A DNA stretch of 64,000 bases from Thalia democratica (lineage: Eukaryota), in contig OZ241827.1 of the NCBI GenBank assembly GCA_965202585.1, positions 23,374,001 through 23,438,000 of the forward strand, in the 5' to 3' direction. The notes under the pieces are model-generated. The model was not told where the DNA came from. It searched no databases and was given only the letters and a program-made list of their open reading frames with translations. Below, piece after piece: positions 51,501-62,009 of this stretch. Position numbers and translations under genes: made by a program. Every line of letters starts with the position of its first letter. Within the stretch, counting starts at the first letter, position 1.

Positions 51501-54500
51501 TTTGTTTCAGTTTGTATATGTTTCCTGGGGCACTATAGTTTTATACAGCAGACACTTTCAAGTTTTTGTTATGGTAGTTTTATGTTTTGTATGCATTCTA
51601 GTTTTTTCTTTTGAATTTAGTTTAAAATCTTAAATAAAAATTTGGAAATTAAATTTACTTAAGAAATTATTTTATTTGTATAATTTTTTAATTTTTAGAA
51701 GAAATTAATTTTTGTTGCTAAATATTTACGAAAAGTTGTCACACTTATCCGTTCTCATCTTTGAATATCGCATAAAAGTCTACAACAACATATAAAAGTA
51801 TTAATCCGTATAATTTTTTATTTATTCAGAGGTCTGGTGGAAGCCATGAGGCAGGCGAACTACGGAGTGCGCGCCGAAATAAGCAAACTGGAGAAGGACG
51901 CCTACACCAAGGCCACCAAGGACCTGGAACGGGGGTGCGCTTACCTGGTTGGCGGGAAAATGAGGCGGGAGAACCACGCGGTGAGGATGAACGCGATCAA
52001 GCGTGACCTGGAAGCGACCAAGGTGAAGACCGAACATCAAATTGCAGGTTGGCTGAAAAATTTGGTTTAATGTGTGGAATAGTTTAGAGATTTGAATTCT
52101 TGTATTTTTTAACTGATACTAGCTGAAAGGTTGTTTTGAAAAGAATTACAAGTACTTTGTAATATTAGTATTGTATATATTTGCTTAAATTATAAAGTTA
52201 TAAGGCCAGTATTCAATTGTACTCATGTTCTTTTTCATTAGAAGTTTTGTATATTCAAGTTTTGTATTTTGTATATTAGTTCACAGCTAAGTATAAACTA
52301 ATTTTTTATTACAATTTATTTTAAATTGAGTTTTAATAATCATATCTTCATGTTAATAACTAATTTCTTGGATTACTTGGTTAATTTTATATTGTTAGAC
52401 TATTTTAAAACAAGTTTTAGTTGTATTACAAATTGGAATTTTTTGTAATCGATCTTTAAAAAAGTTACGGTCTAGACCATCTGAATTAATTTGTCAAAGT
52501 ATAGTTAATGTAGTGTTCTATTATTTCTAAAACTATTTTTTATGGATTTCAGTATTATAAGTATTGGCTTTGTTATTTTTATTCTAGCGGTCATAGACTT
52601 TAGTAATGTTTTTATAAACTTCTGAAGTACAATCACCTCTCGCGAATCTACGCACATTGTGTTCACAGCAAAAGTGCGTAACTAAACGAGAGAACGTAAC
52701 CGAACGAGAGATAGCAAATATACCTATTATATCGGCTATTTTCTTTTAATAAATTTAATTACATAAATTATGGTAACTTTTCCCCTTTTTTAATTACAAA
52801 AATTGTTTTCATTCAAGTTGTAAATGTATGTAAAAAACTTTTTAATAAAAATTGTTTATATCTACTCAAAGTACTTTATTTTATACTTTGTTCCTTGACT
52901 ATTTAAGATTAAACTTGTCTTGGTTGATATTAGACAAAGATATTTCTCTAATGTATTGCAAGACAAGTATAATCTTAGGTGGGCAAGGAACAAATTAGCT
53001 AAAAATAAAGTATTTAATGAGTTGAAATTAAACTTTATGCTATAAATATTGTGAGAAATTTAAAATTATACCTTGTTTCAATTAAGAGTATAAGGGGCTA
53101 AGACACCTAAAATACAAAGAGCAAAGCCAAAGAGTTCAATAAGTTTCTTATAAAAAGCACAAAGTAAAATCGTAAAAATCTCAATTCTATTAAAATTCTA
53201 TCTTATTCTATATTTTTAATACTTAAATTTAAAAATATATAAAAATTAGTAAATACATTGTTCATTCATACATATAATAAGTTTACATAAAAAATATTTT
53301 TCAAACTATTTTTTTTGTTTTTTTAAGAATTCTAAAATGCGTAACTAAACGAGATTGCGTAACCAAATGAGTGCGTAGATTTGAGAGAGGTGACTGTAAC
53401 ACCAGTTTTATAAAACATTTTACTATACAAAAAGTGCTTGAACTAAGTTAAAAGTAGCCTTTCAATAAAAAGTACACAAATATGATAAAATAAGTGAACC
53501 AGTATTTAATTTTGAAAATTTGTTTTCAATATGACAAAAAGTTTTTTAATTCTTTGACAGAAGTTATCAACTATAGCAAATAGTATTTACTTGATATTTT
53601 AATCTACTCGCTGAAAAGATATGTCTTTGATGCTTCAAAACTTGGATTTATAACAGAAGTAACCTTTGATTTTAAACATACCAAAAATAAATTCGATTTA
53701 AATTAGGTAATGCAGAAAGCCAAATATATTTACTCAAAAAACTTGAAATTACATTTGAACTAGTTTTGCCAGAGCGTTGGACAGTTTCTAATCTTTTTAG
53801 AAATATAAGACTTTAGGCCTTTCGAATCACCTTTAACGTATTTTTAATCTCTTCCTAAATTGAAGCTTAAATATTGTTATTATAATTATATTGTTATCTT
53901 AGAAAAACTAAAGAGTTATTTTCAATATTTATTAATTGCAGCCCACAACTATGAGAGAAAATAGTTTTTGTCGGCAATAAATTATTCTCACTGAGTCGTC
54001 AATGACTTCTGAAGACTTTTCATTCACTCTGTAATTTTAACTTTTAACATTAGTTTCAATTTAAGACACATTTTATTCTGAAATTTCTCGCTCTGCCGTG
54101 CTTGCATTCATTTAAAAAGACTCCTTCTTTTTGTTCTTTTTAACCTTGAAAATCATCTAAAAATTATGATGGTTTTAATTGAGGTAAAACTTACAGTCAT
54201 ATATTTAGCTATATGTCTTGCAAATTTATCTGGATTCCTCCTTACCCTATCCTTGACAATTTTAATTACCTTCTTGAGCGTTGCCTTCTACTGCTAATTC
54301 GTTTTTTAAATATACAAGGTTCCTTAAGTTTCTTAAAAACGTGATACACTATGGATTTACTTAGTCACCTTTTTCAATCAATAAATTTGACTTCCCGCGC
54401 AATAAAGCTGATATTTGCTTTTTACTCTTTATTTTTGTTTTGTTTTTATTTTTGCAGTAACTGATAAAGAGTAAGACTAAATGATACTTGAATTTGAATG

Positions 54501-57500
54501 AAAAAAAAAACATTTTAGCCAGTTTATCCTAAGTCTATAAATGGTTCAAGAACTTTCTGTTAACCCTATAATCAAGTAATTTATGAATAGTTTATATAAC
54601 AATAAATTGCTTTAATAATTTTTTCCAGAAACAGTATGCTATTACTGATAAATTATTTTTATCTTATTGTTTTAAAGCACACACTTTAAACTAAAATAGT
54701 TATATTTTTTGATCAAAGCTTAATGTAAACTTTAAGGTTACGTATTTTAATTTATAAGTCATCTTAAATTTTTAAAGTAGTTGTTAAAAACTAATAAAAA
54801 AGTTTTATACCTTTGGTAACTTTTTCTGGCTGATGTACGTTATAAAACTTAAGTTTATTTCAAAACAGTGCTTGAACAAGAAATAGCAGCAAAAGAAGCT
54901 GAAATATATTCAACACAACAAGATTTATTAGTTAGTTTAACTAAATCATGATTATTTATACTTTGTTATTAAGAAATATATGTAATACACTTTAGTAATT
55001 TTTTTCTATTTCTACAGATACTCAAATTAAGATAAAAATAATTTATGAAGTTTAAACCATTTGTTATACTTACAAAAATAAACAAGTTTAACAAACCAAA
55101 AATCATGTTACCAGTTTAAACTATAGATCCAACTGTATAAAAGTCCTCTTTTTAAAGTTTTACTTTTTTTCAGAAGAGTTGTATAAGTCTAAGTGATGTT
55201 TTACTTTGATATTTTTTTTTTGCTTTAGTTTTTTTTTGTAATTTTTTTTTTTGTGCTATAGCCTTGAAAGTAATTCATTAAAATGCTGCTTATGTATCCT
55301 TAAGTTTACTTTAATTTTTATTCCAAAGCATAAGGTTTAAACAATTAAATTAGCTTTTAGCTAAAAGTTAAAGTTAATCCTTAGATTTCTGTTGATGAAT
55401 TTTTAAGTACTTGTTTTAAAAATACCAATAAATAGACTTGTACTATCATTTTTATTTTTACCCAATATATTTTCTTCCTGTAGTTTAATCAAGTCTTAGA
55501 CTTATTTTTGTTGTTATTTTGGTTGTGGTTAATTTTTTTTTTGTAAACTTTGTTTGAAAGTTGTTAGAATAAAAAAAAACTACTATCTATTCCAAAAAAA
55601 AAAAAATCCTAAAGCTAAAAGTATCTGATTTGAAAACTCGCACACACTTAAATACTTTGTATATTTTTTACAAGCTGTTAATACAACTCATTGAGAGTGA
55701 CTATTCATATTTAGAGTCTTCACTGTTACAAAGATAAAGAGTACCCGGTGAAATTACTGGAGATAAAGAAGCTCAACTACAAGCTCGACCACATGAATGC
55801 CGAGCACCTTGTACGTAACTGTTGTTGTGCTTAAGTTCAATGTCATTTGTTAAAAATTCCGTGTACATCAAAGTTAGAAAAAATAAAATAATATATTAAT
55901 ACATCTGATTGTTGCATGTACTTTTAAGATTTTATTTAATCTATACATTAAAATCACAAAGGCTTCACTATTAATTTTTTTTTGTAAACAAACCCCACCC
56001 CAATGCCCTCCAGCTTCGGTAATTCCCCCCCTTCTAATTTCAACAACAGGCGGACTCGGGCAAGATAAACGAGTTCATGGGCGACGAGATGGACAAGCTG
56101 GACGTGGAGGTGGGCCGGATGGCGGTGTTCGTGGTAGACAGGGCGGCGGAGAAGGTGTTCAGCGAGAGGGGGGAGCGGGCGGAGAGGGCGCTGAAGAGCG
56201 TGGCGGTGAACAACAAGCAGCTGAGGTTCGAGATCGGCAAGCAGAAGGACGTTGGTTGAATTTTGGATTAAATTTTGGGTTGAAATTTCTTGGGTGCGCG
56301 GTGTTTTGAAACTGCCGGGACTAAAACCGTGATTTTGAAAAAAAATTAGTCGTTGTTGCTTTTCGGGTGGTGCAACTTTTTTTAAGTAAATATTTATTTA
56401 TATCTTGTTGCATACTAACTACTGTGACAATAGAGCTTTTAGATACAATCTAACTTTTTTGCTTAAATTATTTATTAAATTAAAGAGTATTAATGTAATA
56501 ACATTTAAGAAATTAATTCTTAGTAAGTTTTTTTGTACACTTCACTCGTAACTTTAGCAAATACTTTTACAAAAATTCAACAGATCATAGAGGCATTTGA
56601 ACGCGATGTGTTGGAGTTAGAAGCGAAAAATAACGATATGATCACCAACAAACTGAGCAATGTCAGACATGTTGCTTTCCAAGATGTGATCGGTATTGAT
56701 AGAGATAAAAAGTTTGTTCTTATTTCGAAAGTTCATAAACGATCATTACTAGCACTAAGTTGTTACCAGCTGTTTTACATATACAGCTTATAAAATTTTT
56801 ATTGTTCCACTCTCTACTATTTTAACCTGAAAGCGATCGTATAGTTTAAAATCCTTCAGTTAAGTGTATTTTAGTTCTATTTTCAGACAAGTTTTTTGTT
56901 TTATTTAAGTTTTTTTCAAAACTTGTTTGAAAAATGAACTAAAGCATACTTATGTTTCATTCTGCAGCTTAGAATATGGAAAACTATTGATGAATGAACA
57001 ACGTTCAATCATTTTATAGCCCTTTAAAAGAATAATTGTTCCTTGTTAGTACTTCCAGTCGAATATATTAAACTCTTAACTATCATTAGCAAGAGTACTA
57101 AATAAGGCGTCGATAAACTCTAAAAATCCCGTAATCCAGATCTAACCCATGGAGTATTTTTAGGTTGAAAACAACTTGAGCAAAACAAGCAAATTAAATA
57201 CTTAGTTATAAAAATTCATGCATCTGCTCTTAAATAAATTGTGAGTAAAAAAGAGTGATTTTTTTTTTTTTGGTTTGGGATTAATTTTCTTTTCTAATAT
57301 CATAGTTTAGTTTTTCAAAAGCACATTAGTTTGCGAAGATTTTTTTTCTAACAATTTATTACCGCTAAAGACTTTTTCTATAAAAAATAGCCAGTTACTT
57401 AAAAAAGGTTGCTGACCCCTGTTAATGGAATGAAAATTATCTAAAGAGGTTTATCTTTAATCAAATTAAATACAAAATATTTAAATCTCTCTAAAAAAAT

Positions 57501-57626
57501 AATATACAATAACTATAATATTGGTACTTGGTTTATAAGTTGAAACTTTTGTTAATAAATTTCAGGTTTCTACCCGATGATGAGCTAGTGTTAGACATAC
57601 CATTGCCTAGAGAGCTGCCAATTTAG
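48544..57626 (+). CDS. C20orf96: C20orf96-like (DUF4618) coiled-coil protein
   Basis: Phase-compatible GT-AG exons 48544-48726, 49474-49589, 50313-50386 (least certain), 50924-51068, 51830-52047, 54869-54930, 55715-55810, 56050-56250, 56584-56711, 57566-57626. Motifs LHCYKDKEYPVKLLEI and VAFQDV...KFLPDDELVLDIPLPRELPI* resemble human C20orf96 LSTYMDHEYSIKSVQI and VIFEDV...KCTPDMDVILNIPVEEPLPF (recalled, not searched). Confidence 0.8.
49795..51730 (+). repeat. Dispersed direct repeat of about 340 bp in two introns (about 49795-50170 and 51405-51730)
   Basis: Shared blocks such as TTGTTCTAAGATCTTTAA, AACTTGTACCTTAGCTTTTTTTCTAAA, GCAGACACTTTCAAGTTTTTGTTATGGTA and GAAATTAATTTTTGTTGCT. Confidence 0.85.
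52630..53396. mobile_element. Tc1/mariner-pogo (Tigger-like) MITE with a TA TSD
   Basis: TA|CAATCACCTCTCGCGAATCTACGCAC...GTGCGTAGATTTGAGAGAGGTGACTG|TA. The internal motif GCGTAACTAAACGAGA is repeated near both ends. Confidence 0.8.
53530..54420 (-). pseudogene. Decayed IS630-Tc1-mariner (DD37D/maT-like) transposase relic in intron 5 of the C20orf96-like gene
   Basis: Interrupted frames give VIKIVKDRVRRNP (about 54231-54269), LWAAI (about 53935-53949) and KYIWLSALPNLNRIYFW (eroded WPPSSPDLNP motif, about 53680-53725). Many stops and frameshifts. Confidence 0.7.
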
Positions 57627-59641
57627 AGAGTAACACAACTGTGACAAATTACTGTGAATATTTATTTTTAACTGCAAAAATTTAAATCGTTTGTTTTATG
57701 CAACTTATTTCTATTTTTTAATACTTGCAGATTGTACTACCTAAAACTCCCATTTTAATTATTATTCAAAAAAACTAATGTTTTGTAACTTAATGAAAAG
57801 AAACGCATTAAACTCTTATAATTTTCTTTGACTAAAACGAAAATATATACGAGCAGTCTAATTTTAACTGATAATATTCTATCATTTTAGAGCAGGGTTT
57901 CCCAAACTCATTTACTAAATCGCCCCCTTTTCAGAAATTTGAAAAATAATCGCCCCCCAAGATTTTAAAAAGTAGTTTTTCTCTTGAGTACAAACTTTTG
58001 AGCCAAATAATTTGTGTTCGAAATGTAATTTAGTCTGGTATTTCTTATGCACGCACTTTTGGGCTTTGTTCAAAGTAGTTTACAGGGCTTGAGAAAATAA
58101 GTTGCTGTTGTTTTCTTATAAGCCTAGTAAAGTGTATTGAAATACTTAAATATTAAAAAGCCTTGTGTTATCAATCCTGAATAAATATCAATTGTTTTGA
58201 AGCTAATGAAACTTTTAGGGTAGTGGTCGAAAATTTTTGTAGTCAGCAATTCATATTTACTAAAAAATCTTTTCTTGTTTCAACTCGTTAAAAAAATGTA
58301 ATTGCAGGCTGCATAATTAAAAAAATAATAACATATAGAAAATTAAAACTCGAGCATAATTTCAATAAAATGATTTACTATTATTGTGATCTAGGAAATA
58401 CTTTTGTGAAATGAAAACCAAATTGAAAGTGTATTTCAAAATCATAAGCATCAAAAAACTAAATTTTGTTTATTTTGCACAAGTAGTTTTCAAATTACTT
58501 AGCGGGTCGAAATTTGATTGGATCTGGACCGTACGTTACCCATTTGAAATCTTAACTGAAACCTGAAGTTATAACTATCTCTCATTTAAGGAATTTCGGA
58601 CATTTAGAAGTGAATACTAAGTAACTTATTTAAGCCGCACAAAATACTTAAATTATTCTATAGATAGGCATATTCTAAAATTAAATACCAGAGATTATTT
58701 TACACATAATAAAATAAATATTAAAACACCATTTCTAATCCAGTTGTAGAAAGTTTTACCGACTGGTTGATAATCTAACATGAAAAGTGGTTTTATGAAT
58801 AGCTTCTGCTAATGTAGTAAAATTATTAATTTCAATGCTAAAATATATTATAAGCAAGTTAGTTGCAGAATTAAAAATTTAATTTTAAACTATATGTTTT
58901 GTAGTAGAATACCATTAAATAGTATTTGACTTGGAATAACCTTTAGGAAACTAAACCTTAATTTTAACATTTTTTTCTTAATTTAAATTCAAAAAAAATC
59001 AAATGTTTTGCAGTTAATTCTGTGAACAGAAAGTAATCGATTAAAAATTCTTTTAATTATGTTTAAACTTTGTTTTGTAACTGTAGCAGTCTTTTTGATG
59101 GCTTATTTAATACTGTTTAATTTTATTTATTTTCTAGTTATTAGCCTACAATAATTTACCAGAAGAATATAGTGAAAAACTAAAAACTAGTGTTGAACTA
59201 TTAAAATAAACAACTTATTCTAATTGCTAATATATTAAAAAATAAGATAAAACAAAAAACAGTTGTACTAATAGTTTAAAATTATTTAATAATAGGTTTT
59301 CTAACATTAATAAATCAAGTTAGAAAATAAATTTGAGTTTAATAATCTTTTAAATGAAAAGTTTGAAGTCATTTCAAATAGAGATATCAAATCTATACTC
59401 TTTTAAAGCCGAAAAATAATTTTTAAAATAAAAACTTTAATGGTTATCAATATTTTTTTACTTATACAGATCAAACAAGTATTAACAAAAATATGTCAAA
59501 CAAATTTCTTTCAAACAAATACTTTAACTACAATGCTATAAAAAGTTTTAATGTAATGTAAATCGACAAATACTAACTAAAAACTAATTAGGTCAAAACA
59601 AAGCTATTAACATATTTAAAACATAAACCATTTTATAAATA

Positions 59642-59938
59642 CAGTAGACTTCCTCTTCAGTTCGCGCTTTGAACAAAATCAAAAAGTTTAAACTTAAAAA
59701 TTATTACCATTATTTTTACAAAATGATAAATTTAGATGTCTTATATGCAATAACGTTATGAATATACATGAAATCAACTAAAACATAAAACAAACATTCA
59801 TAGAAAAAGATCTATATAAGCTATTAAATATTGTGTTTTTTTTTTATTACTTAGTTAGTAATAGACTTCTAGTTTAAGAAAATATAAATTTGCACTTTTT
59901 TTTGGGTTAAAAATGCAAACTCAAGAGGAAGTCTACCG
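59642..59938. mobile_element. Tigger/pogo-like MITE nested in the hAT element
   Basis: TA|CAGTAGACTTCCTCTTCAGTT...AACTCAAGAGGAAGTCTACCG|TA. Confidence 0.75.
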
Positions 59939-60129
59939 TAATTAATATTTATTAGGCATTATGCAAACCTGTTAAAGAATAAATAACTTATAAGAATTTT
60001 TAATATAAAAAGACTACTTAAATACAATACAAACCAGGTTAAATAAGAAGTATTTTAAAAGATCAAATAAGTAAAAAAAAATTCATAAAATAATGTCTGC
60101 AACTGAAGTCTAATATAATGCGAAGGATG

Positions 60130-60470
60130 AGGTTCATGAATGCTTGCAAGTTTTTCTAATCTGATTCTAAATCATTCATATAAAGCCTCAAGTCACCTCC
60201 TTTACAAATATCTAGATTATATACTTTTCTCAAGATGATGATAACTAAACTGAAAGCTTTCTAAACAACGTAGCTAGAAAGAAAAAAAAACTATACACAA
60301 CAATCTAAATTCCTCTCAAATGATTGAATATTTTTGCCTAAGTTTTTGTTGAGTCCAAAAGCTTTCATATCGTTCTTTATAAAAAATTAATTTAAGTTCA
60401 AAGTCAGTTTGTAAGTCTGAGAAAGTTTTCTGTGAGTCGTTTACTTCAAAAAGATCTGCCACGAAGGGAT
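60130..60470 (-). pseudogene. Decayed hAT (SCAND3/ZBED5-like) transposase C-terminus
   Basis: DLQTDFELKLIFYKERYESFWTQQKLRQKYSII*EEFRLLCIVF..., followed by frameshifted DICKGGDLRLYM...KLASIHEPHPSH-like sequence typical of the hAT dimerisation end. Confidence 0.7.
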
Positions 60471-60474
60471 ACAT

Positions 60475-60619
60475 ATTTTTATCTATCTGATAGCTTTTTT
60501 GTGTCAAATCGAAATTTTACTACTTAATATGTTGGAATTGTTAAAAATTCCAGATTTTTTAGATTTTTTTTGCCTAAATTGTCAAGTTCAAGGTTTTTCT
60601 AGGTAAATTGGCAACCCTG
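60475..60619 (-). mobile_element. Partial inverted copy of the 47259 MITE
   Basis: Reverse-complement match to about 47259-47400, ending in GGCAACCCTG at 60619. Confidence 0.75.
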
Positions 60620-61358
60620 TTTAGTTTTATTTCTTAGTCTAACTTAATGAATTTTCAAAAAACAATTGTAAATATCATTAGCTGATAGTTAATATTGATA
60701 AAATAGATTTTTACAAACCATTTATGATCCTAAATAACATATATGTAAGGTTGAAAATAGTGAGAGGATTTCCGATCGTCTATGATTTATGTAATTGTTA
60801 AATAAGAAAATATATAAATGAAAATATGTAATTAACTTGAAAGTAGGAGTCATAAGTACTTGATTTTTTTCTCTATATTTTAAATGAATACAATAGACTT
60901 TTTTGTTTAAGTTTTACCTCAGGCTCAAATATTTGATAGCAAGCTAAAATTAGTAAAATATCAAGATAAAAAGTAAAAATTTTATGACACCCCAAAATTT
61001 TAAAATCGCCCCCTTTTCGCCCCCTTACTAGTTATCGCCCACCCTTTCGCCCCCTTACTAATTATCGCCCCCCAAATAACTAAAATCGCCCCCAGGGGGG
61101 CGATATTGCCCACTTTGGGAAACCCTGTTTTAGAGTATGATTACGTCTATATCTAAAATATGTTGCTGTACTTAAAACTATTTATTATCTTAGAAGATGA
61201 TAATATGTAACAGTTAAATTGTTTTAGGTATATTGTTCTATACTCCACATCGTTATATACACAAGTGTAAGAAGTTAATTTGTGTAAAAAAAAGTTTAAG
61301 CCCCACATTCAAAACTTAATTAAAAGTTATTTTACATCAATAAATATATGTTTTTCTT

Positions 61359-61913
61359 ATGCTTTTAAAAAACTTTAGTAAAGTTAAAGAAGGTGGTGAG
61401 TTGTCCCAAAAAGTTAACCAGATGGACAACTTTCTTAGAAGATCAAATGCTGAAATCCAAGGGATACCGGTATCAGAAAATGAAAATCTGGAAAGTTTAG
61501 TGATGAACACATTGAAAATAGTTGACCCACGGATTCATAGAAAGGATGTTGTTTCATTTAGAAGGATGAAACCAACTGGAAAGGCTGAAGATAAGAAGAA
61601 AGCATTTAATCCGATTTTAGTTAAGTTTAGATCTTTTGAACAGAAGGTCAAGATCATGAAAGAGAAGAAAAAGTTGGCAAATGCTAATCTTAACTCAATA
61701 TGTAAAAATATTGAGAAGATTTACATCAACGAGAACCTATCACAATTTAGTCGGGACCTTCTTTACCATACAAGAAGGTTCCAAAAGGCTAATGGCTGGA
61801 AGTTCTCTTGGTCGTCTGGTGGGGTGGTTTTGATGAGAGAAAAGGAAACAAGCAAGGCTGTGGTAGTTCATTGTGTAGAAGAGTTAAAAAAATATTCTAA
61901 AAGTGATTGTTAA
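61359..61913 (+). CDS. LINE ORF1 (RRM/L1-transposase-like C-terminal part; probably 5'-truncated)
   Basis: RRSNAEIQGIP...ENLESLV...RM...PILVKF...IYINENLS...KFSWSSGGVVLMRE matches the CR1/L2 ORF1 pattern and lies directly upstream of ORF2. Confidence 0.85.
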   Translation: MLLKNFSKVKEGGELSQKVNQMDNFLRRSNAEIQGIPVSENENLESLVMNTLKIVDPRIHRKDVVSFRRMKPTGKAEDKKKAFNPILVKFRSFEQKVKIMKEKKKLANANLNSICKNIEKIYINENLSQFSRDLLYHTRRFQKANGWKFSWSSGGVVLMREKETSKAVVVHCVEELKKYSKSDC

Positions 61914-62009
61914 CTATCACTTAATTCTAAATATTAATATATTTAGGTATTTATTTATTTATTTTTTTTTTTTTTTGAGTTTTTGTCGAGATTTTACTTA
62001 GTACTTTAA

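Larger units (their letters stand above)
57893..61127. mobile_element. Non-autonomous hAT (Buster/Charlie-type) element, 3235 bp, with nested insertions
   Basis: TIR CAGGGTTTCCCAAA...TTTGGGAAACCCTG. Perfect 8-bp TSD TTTTAGAG (57885-57892 and 61128-61135, nnnTAnnn). Clustered TCGCCCCC subterminal repeats at both ends. Confidence 0.92.

Noticed and set aside
57395-57421. hAT-like end AAAAAGGTTGCTGACCCCTG
   Set aside because: No matching opposite terminus was found, so it cannot be delimited as an element.
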